Assembly (NCBI GenBank): GCA_965207885.1
Contig: OZ242311.1
Location: forward strand, 5,536,001-5,600,000
Direction of reading: 5' to 3'
Origin: Candidatus Latescibacterota bacterium
GTDB taxonomy: Bacteria; Latescibacterota; UBA2968
Length of the DNA: 64,000 nucleotides
The number at the start of each line of letters is the position of its first letter. Within the stretch, counting starts at the first letter, position 1. Under the pieces are notes generated by a model, which was not told where the DNA came from, did not search any database, and saw only the letters and a program-made list of their open reading frames with translations. Positions 19,025 through 27,306 of this stretch are shown in pieces. The translations under genes were made by a program, and so were the position numbers.

Positions 19025-20222
19025 CATAGTACACGACAAAAAATAAAAGACCTGTGAAAAAAGCTAAAAAGAGTTAGGTTTGAATGTCCCAAGACAAACC
19101 TTTCTCATCTTAACAAGGCACAGGTCTATGTCTCCTGAAACTATTGAACTTCAAACGATTATGCAAGGATATTTTCACTGGCATAAAGCCCGAATAACGT
19201 TTACCGCTGCGTTCATATTGTCGCTGATAAAATTGCGTAGCGTCAATTTTATGAAACTGGCAAACGCACTCAATGGAACCGTCAAGCAGAAATCTAATTA
19301 TCGTCGTATCCAACGCTTCTTTGCCCACTTTGCCTTACCCTATGCGTGTGTGAGACAATTGATCTTGCACTTATTACCTATAAAGTCGGATTTTATAGTC
19401 TCAATAGATCGCACCAATTGGAAGTTGGGAAAATTCAATATCAACATCCTAACCGCAGGCATTATCTATGAAGGGGTCGCCTTTCCTATCTGTTGGCACT
19501 TGTTAAAAAAACGGGGCAATTCCAATAGTGATGAGCGTATCCATTTGATGCAAGAAATGCTCAACTGCATCTGCAAATCGCATATCCGCGTTGTCGTCGC
19601 AGACAGAGAATTTATTGGAAGAGAATGGTTTAGGTGGTTAGACACACAAAATATACCCTTTGTTATTCGCATCAAGGAAAACGCTCTTGTCTCATCAGGC
19701 GGTAGAGAGATCCCCATAAGAAAACGGTTTGAAAATCTTAATATCCATCAGCAGGTCAACTTGTGCAAACGCCACCGCGTTTATGACCTGCCTGTATATC
19801 TGTCTGCACTAAGATTGAAGGACCAATACCTCATTCTTGCCAGCAACCAAAAAGGTCAAGCCGCATTGGATACCTATAAAAAACGATGGGGCATTGAAGT
19901 CCTTTTTGCCAATCTTAAAAGTCGAGGATTTAATCTGGAAGAGACCCATCTTATACATCAAGACCGCATTGAGAAACTCATCGCGCTTTTGGCCATTGCC
20001 TGCATCTGGGCGCATATCATCGGCGAATGGATAGCAAAAACAAATCCTTTGACGATCAAAAATCACGGGCGGATGGAGAAAAGTCTCTTCCGATATGGGT
20101 TGGACTATTTGCAGTATGTCCTGCTCAATATAAACCAACAAACCCAACAGTTCCTCATATGCATTCGTTTACTGAGTAATCCGCCACTGTTTAAAACAAT
20201 TTAAGTTTTGTCGTGTACCATG
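19025..20222 (+). mobile_element. IS4-family insertion sequence (1198 bp)
   Basis: 17-bp terminal inverted repeats CATAGTACACGACAAAA / CATGGTACACGACAAAA; 9-bp target duplication GTTACAATG at 19016-19024 and 20223-20231. Confidence 0.93.
19128..20204 (+). CDS. IS4-family DDE transposase
   Basis: IDRTNW, VADREF, YKKRWGIEVLFANLKSRGFNLE (YREK motif). Confidence 0.93.
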   Translation: MSPETIELQTIMQGYFHWHKARITFTAAFILSLIKLRSVNFMKLANALNGTVKQKSNYRRIQRFFAHFALPYACVRQLILHLLPIKSDFIVSIDRTNWKLGKFNINILTAGIIYEGVAFPICWHLLKKRGNSNSDERIHLMQEMLNCICKSHIRVVVADREFIGREWFRWLDTQNIPFVIRIKENALVSSGGREIPIRKRFENLNIHQQVNLCKRHRVYDLPVYLSALRLKDQYLILASNQKGQAALDTYKKRWGIEVLFANLKSRGFNLEETHLIHQDRIEKLIALLAIACIWAHIIGEWIAKTNPLTIKNHGRMEKSLFRYGLDYLQYVLLNINQQTQQFLICIRLLSNPPLFKTI

Positions 20223-20228
20223 GTTACA

Positions 20229-21458
20229 ATGAGCAAACGCGATGCAGAGCAAGTACAAAAAGTATTGTCTGGCGACCAGACAGCTTACGAACCGCTGGTT
20301 GAGGCGTATCAAGGGCGCATCTATGCCTTTGTGGCTGGTCGAATCCGCAACTTTTCCGCAACAGAAGACATCGTACAAAATGCGTTTGTGGAGGCATACA
20401 TGCACCTCAAGTCTCTAAAATCGCCCGAAAAATTCTCCGGTTGGCTACGGGGAATTGCACTCAATCTATCAAACAAATGGATTCAACAAAAGCGTCCCGT
20501 CGTCTCAATTGACGATACATCACAAGATGTAACGCCTGAAATATCAGAACTTCCATTGCCAGACTTGCCCGACGAAGTACTGGAAAAAACCGAAACAAAA
20601 GAAGCCGTTACAGCCGCCGTGGATGCACTGCCAGACATTTATCGAGAATCGGTATTGCTCCACTACATGGAAGGCATGACCTATCCCCAAATCGCCGCCT
20701 TTCTCGACATCCCCGAAAGCACAGTAACGGGTCGCCTGCAGGTTGCGCGCAATCGCTTGCGCGACGAATTGCTCCCACTGGTAGAAGACACACTCCGCGA
20801 AAAACGCCCAACCTCTCAACTGACGCGCAAAGTAATGGCCGCATTACCCCCGCTATTGTACGCAGTGCCAACACAGGCAAGCCTACTCGCCAAACTGAAA
20901 GGAACAGGCATGATAAAAATAACGGGTATCATCGGCGCAGGTATCGCGGGAACGGGATTGTATTTTGGTGGGATTTCGGCAGTGTTGAATTTAGAACAAG
21001 AAAACAATGAGTCATCCCAGATGCCCCAAATACAGCTCGAATTGGAAAACCCCGCTCCAAATGAGCAGCCCATTCCTGAGAAAACTGATGCGACAGACGG
21101 AACAGAATCTTCGCGACAAGAAGTCAAATCCGATACCAATACAAGTGGCGACACACAAGCAGAAAAACTGGACTTCAGAATGGAAACTTCGCCACAAGAT
21201 TCACTGGTAAAAATAGTGTACTGGATCCCTAAAGCGGTCTATTCGGATTCCGTCTTTATAGAACTCGATTGCTTCAACATCCAGGGGGCAAGAGCCGCTA
21301 AGCCGGTCAATAAAATGCACGCACCCGGTTCTTATACGACATTCTTATCTAAACAGGGACTTCCCGACGGAAGATACTATGTGAGATTAAGAGCAAATCG
21401 ATCAGATAAAAACGCAATGGTACGCGCATTGAATCTAATTTGGACAGAAAGAAAGTGA
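20229..21458 (+). CDS. ECF sigma factor with C-terminal TM helix and extracytoplasmic domain
   Basis: EDIVQNAF, KFSGWLRGIALN, QIAAFLDIPESTVTGRLQVAR, then a Gly-rich TM segment, acidic linker and beta-rich C-terminal domain; start ATG lies within the IS target duplication. Confidence 0.85.
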   Translation: MSKRDAEQVQKVLSGDQTAYEPLVEAYQGRIYAFVAGRIRNFSATEDIVQNAFVEAYMHLKSLKSPEKFSGWLRGIALNLSNKWIQQKRPVVSIDDTSQDVTPEISELPLPDLPDEVLEKTETKEAVTAAVDALPDIYRESVLLHYMEGMTYPQIAAFLDIPESTVTGRLQVARNRLRDELLPLVEDTLREKRPTSQLTRKVMAALPPLLYAVPTQASLLAKLKGTGMIKITGIIGAGIAGTGLYFGGISAVLNLEQENNESSQMPQIQLELENPAPNEQPIPEKTDATDGTESSRQEVKSDTNTSGDTQAEKLDFRMETSPQDSLVKIVYWIPKAVYSDSVFIELDCFNIQGARAAKPVNKMHAPGSYTTFLSKQGLPDGRYYVRLRANRSDKNAMVRALNLIWTERK

Positions 21459-21466
21459 GGCTCATC

Positions 21467-22750
21467 ATGTATTTCAACAAGTGCAAACTATTAGTGAGTC
21501 TGGCGATGTGTCTGAATGCATATTCCGTGTGTTTTGCACAACAGCCAACCCATTCGAAAGAAGAAATGAATCGCTTTAATCAATTTAGGAGCGGATACCC
21601 ACCCGAGACCACAGAGCAGTACTGGGAACGTATTTTGGGACTGGAGCAACTGCTTGCCGATTATCCCAACACCTTTTTGAAAGGCGACATCTCCATCACC
21701 CTGTTGAATTATTACCAGCATGTCACCGATGATCCACACCTGTTGATAGAGCTATCTGACAAAATGCTCGCATTGCGAATGTATTCCAACGGTGCTTATG
21801 AAACGGCTGCTCGGATACTCGTAGATAAGAAAGTTCGGTCTGATAAAACGCTTCTATATGCACAAAACGCATTAAAAGAAGCGCTGCAGAAACAAAAAAA
21901 ATGGGGAGGTAATGGTCGAGGAGAACTAATTTGCCGGGATCTATTGGCGCGTGCTCATCAACTCCTTGGACAACACGACCGTGCTGTCGCAGAAATAAAG
22001 ACCGCGATTCGCGGTTGGCAAACTCGAGAAGATTTAGGCGACCTGGAAATGGCATCTCGGCAGGCATCAGTCGATAAAGCAAAGACCCACTTGCTTCGGA
22101 TCTATATCGACCAAAAAGCATGGACAGAGGCTTATGAACTCGCCTCAGAACTATTGCTCTCATCGATCATCCGCACGGATATAGCAGAATTATGGAGCCA
22201 GGCTTATACTGGCAAATTCGGTTCAGGTGCAGGCATGAGCAAAGCATACGTTGCCTTAAAAGCCAGGTGGGATAAAAAAATTATCCAACGCGTCGAAAAA
22301 AAACGCATCTCACGCCCTGCACCCACCTTTGAAGTCCAAAAGTTAGACGGTGAGAAAATCACTTCAGAGGACTTAAAAGGCAAAGCTATGGTACTAACAT
22401 TTTGGGCGGGATGGTGCAGCCCGTGCATTGAAGAACTGCCCTATCTCCAAAACCTCAAAACGCAATTTCGCAAACAAAATGTTGAATTTTTAGCGATAAA
22501 TATCGACCAGGACAGCTCAATGCGCCGGGATATGGTCGCCAGCTTTCGGTACCAGAGCGCACCGCTTTTAACCTTTGCATTGGGCGATCTGCAAATGCGA
22601 AAAGCGTTTGGCTCCGACGAGATTCCCTATACCTGCATCATCGATCAGAACGGACAGATTCGATATGAACGCAAGGGATTAGGTGCGGACTTCAGCGTGG
22701 CAATGGCGCATCAATTGGAGTGGGTCATCGGAATGAATGGAACACAATGA
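21467..22750 (+). CDS. exported TPR-like + TlpA thiol-disulfide oxidoreductase
   Basis: Signal peptide; C-terminal APTFEVQKLDG..LTFWAGWCSPCIEELP. Confidence 0.85.
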   Translation: MYFNKCKLLVSLAMCLNAYSVCFAQQPTHSKEEMNRFNQFRSGYPPETTEQYWERILGLEQLLADYPNTFLKGDISITLLNYYQHVTDDPHLLIELSDKMLALRMYSNGAYETAARILVDKKVRSDKTLLYAQNALKEALQKQKKWGGNGRGELICRDLLARAHQLLGQHDRAVAEIKTAIRGWQTREDLGDLEMASRQASVDKAKTHLLRIYIDQKAWTEAYELASELLLSSIIRTDIAELWSQAYTGKFGSGAGMSKAYVALKARWDKKIIQRVEKKRISRPAPTFEVQKLDGEKITSEDLKGKAMVLTFWAGWCSPCIEELPYLQNLKTQFRKQNVEFLAINIDQDSSMRRDMVASFRYQSAPLLTFALGDLQMRKAFGSDEIPYTCIIDQNGQIRYERKGLGADFSVAMAHQLEWVIGMNGTQ

Positions 22751-22807
22751 TCAGGAAGAAAAAAAGGAGTTCGGGAGCGAAAGCAGATTGTGATTAAAAA
22801 TAGAAAT

Positions 22808-23206
22808 TCACCAAATAGTTTCAACATCTGATTGCTGGATTCGATAATCTGTCGTGACAAGTGGTAGGCGGAGGTACTGTGCTGTTGCCGAAATCATACG
22901 ATCTGGCATATCGGGTATTTGATCGCGTGGGATATTTTCCAACTGTTCTGCAATCGCAAGATCAAAAGGAGCAACTTTGAATCCCGAATCGGATCGGTGC
23001 AATGTAGCTTTCAAATCAATCAAATTCTGTCGAGGCAATCGATTTTTCTCAGTTAAGTATATAACCTCGACAATTGTTACTGATGACACATAGACTGGGT
23101 GACCCGATGTAATTGCCTCTCGAATAGCCTGACGCGCAACAGATGAGAGGTCTGATGACCGTGCTAAGAACCAGATAAATGAATGCGTATCTACAACCAG
23201 AGACAT
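22808..23206 (-). CDS. VapC/PIN domain toxin
   Basis: VVDTHSFIW, SSVTIVE, DMPDRMISATA, LVTTD. Confidence 0.9.
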   Translation of the reverse strand: MSLVVDTHSFIWFLARSSDLSSVARQAIREAITSGHPVYVSSVTIVEVIYLTEKNRLPRQNLIDLKATLHRSDSGFKVAPFDLAIAEQLENIPRDQIPDMPDRMISATAQYLRLPLVTTDYRIQQSDVETIW

Positions 23207-23211
23207 TGCGC

Positions 23212-23478
23212 CTAATCCTCTTGATTAAATTTATGCCACATCTCCTTTCGGGCTTCGGCTATGTCTCGAGCGGTTATTGGATCCATCTGATCCCACAAGC
23301 CTTCGGGATTAAAGAGCTTGCCTTGATCAAAGGCAGACGAATCTGGTGCGTTTGCCATAGGAACGAGTTGAAAGGCCGAACCATCTTCCTGCGTAATAAC
23401 CACTTTCTCTCCATTGGCCGCTTCTTTGACCAATGCTGCAAGACAGTTTTCCGCCTCTGTAAGATTAATTTTGTGCAT
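23212..23478 (-). CDS. Phd/YefM-like antitoxin
   Basis: INLTEAENCLAALVKEAANGEKVVIT; directly upstream of the PIN toxin. Confidence 0.8.
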   Translation of the reverse strand: MHKINLTEAENCLAALVKEAANGEKVVITQEDGSAFQLVPMANAPDSSAFDQGKLFNPEGLWDQMDPITARDIAEARKEMWHKFNQED

Positions 23479-23642
23479 ATTCTCATCCCTTCGGTATTCT
23501 CTAACAGCTGAGCGTTGTTCCCGGATGGTAATTATCCTCAAAAACAAAAAGTGTAGCAATGACGCGATTTTGTCAACCGCATTTCAAAACATCTCCGACT
23601 CACTCCAAAGAACAAATGAATCAGTTTTGCTTTTAAAATTTC

Positions 23643-24572
23643 CTAATTATTGAGGATTTCATCAATCTCTTCCATCTCCTCATCGCTGAGGTCCCAACCA
23701 ACCGTCGCGGCATTTGCCGTGACCTGCTCGGGCGTGGTAGCTCCCGCAATCACAGAACACACACAGGGATTGGCGAGAAGCCATGCAAAAGCCAGATCGA
23801 GAATCGTGTGATCGCGTTCCCGTGCAAACTCTTCCAACGCCTCCAGAATATCAAAATTTTTATCCGTAAACATACCGCGGTCGCCCTCTGCCAACCGCGT
23901 GCCCTCGGGCGCTGGTTCATCTCGGCGATATTTACCCGTAAGAAAACCACTGGCAAGGGGAAAATAGGGCAAAATGCCAATACCGTAAGACTTGCAAAAC
24001 GGCACAAGCTCTACCTCGACCTCGCGGTCGAGCATACTATAGCGGGGTTGCACAGTCGAAAACGCAACCAGATTTTTCGCACGCGAAGTCCATATCGCCT
24101 CACAGACCTCCCACGCCATAAAATTGGAACAGCCGATATAGCGCACCTTGCCCTGAGCAACGAGATAATCAAGCGCGTGCAAAGTCTCCTCAATAGGCGT
24201 ATTGGAATCCGTCTGGTGAATCTGATAAAGATCGATATAATCCGTATTGAGACGCTTGAGACTATCCTCGACCTCTTTGAGAATATGGTACCGCGAATTG
24301 CCGCGCATATTCGGTCCATCCCCCATACTCATCGACACCTTGGTCGCCAGAATAAACGCATCGCGCTTACCTCTAATCGCCCTGCCAATATAGGACTCCG
24401 ACAGCGAATCCCCGTACATATTAGCCGTATCGATCAACTTAATACCTTCATCCAGCGCCTGGTCCATAACACGCGCCGTACTCCTCGCGTCAAGACGCCA
24501 GCCAAAATTATTGGTCCCCAATCCAATAGCCGAAACTTGAAGCCTTGAATTGCCGAGTTGCCGATATTCCAT
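23643..24572 (-). CDS. aldo/keto reductase
   Basis: LGTNNFG, IDTANMYG, DYIDLYQIH, RYIGCSN. Confidence 0.93.
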   Translation of the reverse strand: MEYRQLGNSRLQVSAIGLGTNNFGWRLDARSTARVMDQALDEGIKLIDTANMYGDSLSESYIGRAIRGKRDAFILATKVSMSMGDGPNMRGNSRYHILKEVEDSLKRLNTDYIDLYQIHQTDSNTPIEETLHALDYLVAQGKVRYIGCSNFMAWEVCEAIWTSRAKNLVAFSTVQPRYSMLDREVEVELVPFCKSYGIGILPYFPLASGFLTGKYRRDEPAPEGTRLAEGDRGMFTDKNFDILEALEEFARERDHTILDLAFAWLLANPCVCSVIAGATTPEQVTANAATVGWDLSDEEMEEIDEILNN

Positions 24573-24589
24573 CTTGAAACTCCTTCATA

Positions 24590-24668
24590 TTGTAAAAACA
24601 CATTGCAAATTTACAAGACCGTTGTAAAAATGCATTGTAAACTTACAAAACTGTTGTAAGATTGCAAT
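24590..24668. repeat. 32-bp tandem repeat carrying TTGTAA-N2-TTACAA palindromes
   Basis: ttgtaaaaacacattgcaaatttacaagaccg / ttgtaaaaatgcattgtaaacttacaaaactg / ttgtaag. Confidence 0.75.
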
Positions 24669-24715
24669 CTCACAGATACAAATAACCACCCGTAGAGACA
24701 AACTCGTATGTAAAA

Positions 24716-25534
24716 TTAAAAGGAATAAGATGCAGAGAGGGACAAAGGCGTGTGAGAGCGGTTGAATTTGAGGCGATCCAATGGGATAGATTGCCAGGTC
24801 TCATAGCTGGCAAGTTTGCCAATAATACTACCGATACCGGCACCGACCCCAGAAATAACAACCGTCTTGGGACTCAGAACAATATTGGCAAGAGCCGACC
24901 AGCCGGTCTCGTTACTCCTGTTCAAATCGGACGAAGAAAAAATAACACCAATACAGAAACCCGTAACCAGACCAGCTTTAAATCCCTTCCTGATATGGGA
25001 TATCTTACTCAGATTAATCGACAGTTGATCCAGTTCCGAAACCGTCAGATTTTTGTACTCATCGCGCTTATGCGTATCCGCCAACACGATCAAAGAATCG
25101 CTCACACTCGCAATAACACCCTCAAACCGGCTATCTGCCGTCTCCAAAATGCCAATAACTGCCCGGTGTCCGGGTACGACGCTGGACCGGGTCAAAAATC
25201 GCCGCGCCTGGGGATTGAACTGCACGGCGATTCTTTTTGTCTTCTTTACGCGCAAATGATCAATAGACCGATAAGGGATGCGGCGTCTATAGGGCAATTG
25301 ATTTGTGACAATTGTAACCACATAGCCCTGTGTGCGATTGATATAGCCTCGAAAACGCCTTTTTTGCGCGCCGGAAAAATACGCACCCTCGACATACGTC
25401 CCGATCTCGAGCTTTTTTACTCTTTCACTTACATCACTCGCATAACTCTGCGTACAAAACTGTCCCAGCAGCAATATGAGAAGTATCAAACAAGTCTTAA
25501 AAGCGCGAAAAAAAAAGAAAGACAAGATAGGCAA
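24716..25534 (-). CDS. hypothetical exported/membrane protein
   Basis: 272-aa ORF with N-terminal hydrophobic segment and C-terminal Gly-rich helices; start uncertain. Confidence 0.6.
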   Translation of the reverse strand: MPILSFFFFRAFKTCLILLILLLGQFCTQSYASDVSERVKKLEIGTYVEGAYFSGAQKRRFRGYINRTQGYVVTIVTNQLPYRRRIPYRSIDHLRVKKTKRIAVQFNPQARRFLTRSSVVPGHRAVIGILETADSRFEGVIASVSDSLIVLADTHKRDEYKNLTVSELDQLSINLSKISHIRKGFKAGLVTGFCIGVIFSSSDLNRSNETGWSALANIVLSPKTVVISGVGAGIGSIIGKLASYETWQSIPLDRLKFNRSHTPLSLSASYSF

Positions 25535-25551
25535 TCCGTGAATAGAAGATA

Positions 25552-25914
25552 TTACGTTTTGTCTTTGGATGGAATATAGCGGTTGGCAAGCTCGACGTAA
25601 TCCTCGCGAATCGGTGAGAAAATATCGAGAGCCACACAGGGGCCATCTACTGCCTCGGCCCGGTGTGGCACATGGGCGGGAATCAGAAAAGCTTCGCCGG
25701 GTTCAACAGTGCGGGTCTCGCCATCAATCGTGAACTTCATCTTCCCCTCAAGCATCATCCCACCCTGCTCGTGGGGATGGCTGTGCATCGGCACGACAGC
25801 ACCCGCGTCAAACTCAACGCGAGAGAGCATCAAATTCTCCCCATAAGGCGTCCGGATGCGTACGCCGGGTGCGACTTCGTTAGCGGGATACTTGTTCCAA
25901 TCAATAAATGACAT
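25552..25914 (-). CDS. cupin domain protein
   Basis: PMHSHPHEQ and IPAHVPH cupin motifs. Confidence 0.9.
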   Translation of the reverse strand: MSFIDWNKYPANEVAPGVRIRTPYGENLMLSRVEFDAGAVVPMHSHPHEQGGMMLEGKMKFTIDGETRTVEPGEAFLIPAHVPHRAEAVDGPCVALDIFSPIREDYVELANRYIPSKDKT

Positions 25915-25943
25915 CTTGTTAAGCCTTAGAAAAGTTTGACTTT

Positions 25944-26390
25944 CTATCCTGCAGACGCACGCGCCTCCGCGTCAATCGCGCCAAAGAGTTGCCGCGTCAT
26001 CAAACGGGCTGCGCTGGCGTGCATGCGCTGCCCCACAGCGGCGATTGGCCCGCCGATTTGCACATCGCCCTCAAACGAAATCCGCGTATTCTCGCCTTCA
26101 GGGGCGAGTTCCACAACACCCTCCCCCTTGACGAACCCGGTCGTGCCCTTGATATCGATCACCATCGTATAGCGCTCGGGCGGTTGAATATCTGAAAGCG
26201 TGACACTACCCGTGTATTTGCCGCGAACGGGACCAATCCCCGCTGAAACGGCCATGTCATAAACTCCATCTTCCCTGTGTTCCAGCTTGTCGCAACCGGG
26301 CATACAGCGAGCGAGCACCTCGGGATCGATAAGCAATTCAAAAGCGCGCTCAACCGTCGCGCCAATGGTATGTGTACCCGTGAGTTTCAA
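25944..26390 (-). CDS. coxG: CoxG/SRPBCC family protein
   Basis: LIDPEVLARCMPGC, VQIGGPIAAVGQR; TTG start after AGGAGG. Confidence 0.85.
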   Translation of the reverse strand: MKLTGTHTIGATVERAFELLIDPEVLARCMPGCDKLEHREDGVYDMAVSAGIGPVRGKYTGSVTLSDIQPPERYTMVIDIKGTTGFVKGEGVVELAPEGENTRISFEGDVQIGGPIAAVGQRMHASAARLMTRQLFGAIDAEARASAG

Positions 26391-26399
26391 AACGCCTCC

Positions 26400-26442
26400 T
26401 AAAAAAATACAGCCCCCTTCCCCGAAAGAGAAGGGGGCTGTA
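26400..26442 (-). terminator. intra-operon hairpin between coxM and coxG
   Basis: TACAGCCCCCTTC-N-GAAGGGGGCTGTA followed by T7 on minus strand. Confidence 0.65.
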
Positions 26443-26445
26443 AAA

Positions 26446-27303
26446 TCAAGCTGCGCGTTCAATTGCCTGGCTCAATGCCCGTTGGGCAAACACGCGAGCC
26501 AAATGGGCGCGGTAATCGCCAGAAGCGTGGTGATCTTCCTGAAATTCCTCCACGCCATCAGCCGCATGGGCCGCTGCATCGACCACAGCGTCAATACCCT
26601 GCCCCACAAGCGCGTCTTCGACCGCATGTGCGCGGTACGCCGCAGGCGCAACACCGGTAACACCCACAGCCACAGAAGCGCAGTTGCCCGCATCATCCAG
26701 CGTGACATGAGCCGCAACGCCTGCAAGGGCAAAACCGGACGCAGATTGTCGCATCTTGACATACGCACCACCCGAATTCTCGGGCGGCGTAGCAATGCGA
26801 ATACCAGTAAGAACCTCGTCGGGTTGCAAATCTGTGATAAAAAGATCTACAAAAAAATCAGACGCAGCAACCGCGCGTTCACCATTGGGACCGGCAATAT
26901 CGAATTGTGCATCGAGGGCGAGCATAGTCGCTGGCCAATCCGCAGCCGGATCGGCATGGGCAATACTCCCGCCCACAGTGCCCCGATTCCGCACCTGCGC
27001 ATCGCCAATTTCCGCTGCAGTCTCGGGCAAAAGTGAACATTTTGAAGGCAACAAGCGATGGCTTTCCACAGCATAATGCGTGGCCAGAGCACCAATGGTA
27101 ATGGTCTCATCGCCCGCTGTCACTCTTTTTAAGCCAGCAATGCCGCCCAGATCAATAATGACCGAAGGCGCGGCAAGACGCAATTTCATAGACGGAATCA
27201 GACTGTGACCGCCCGCCAGTACTTTGGCATCGTCGCCGAACTCCTGCACCAGCCGCATCGCGCTTCTCATAGTTTTGGGTGCGTGGTAATCAAAGGGGGT
27301 CAT
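26446..27303 (-). CDS. coxM: molybdenum hydroxylase FAD subunit (CoxM-like)
   Basis: AGGHSLIPSMKLR, QVRNRGTVGGSIAHADPAAD. Confidence 0.9.
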   Translation of the reverse strand: MTPFDYHAPKTMRSAMRLVQEFGDDAKVLAGGHSLIPSMKLRLAAPSVIIDLGGIAGLKRVTAGDETITIGALATHYAVESHRLLPSKCSLLPETAAEIGDAQVRNRGTVGGSIAHADPAADWPATMLALDAQFDIAGPNGERAVAASDFFVDLFITDLQPDEVLTGIRIATPPENSGGAYVKMRQSASGFALAGVAAHVTLDDAGNCASVAVGVTGVAPAAYRAHAVEDALVGQGIDAVVDAAAHAADGVEEFQEDHHASGDYRAHLARVFAQRALSQAIERAA

Positions 27304-27306
27304 CGT

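Noticed and set aside
24590-24668. CRISPR array
   Set aside because: Units are contiguous with no unique spacers; no cas genes or repeat-spacer array seen anywhere in the window
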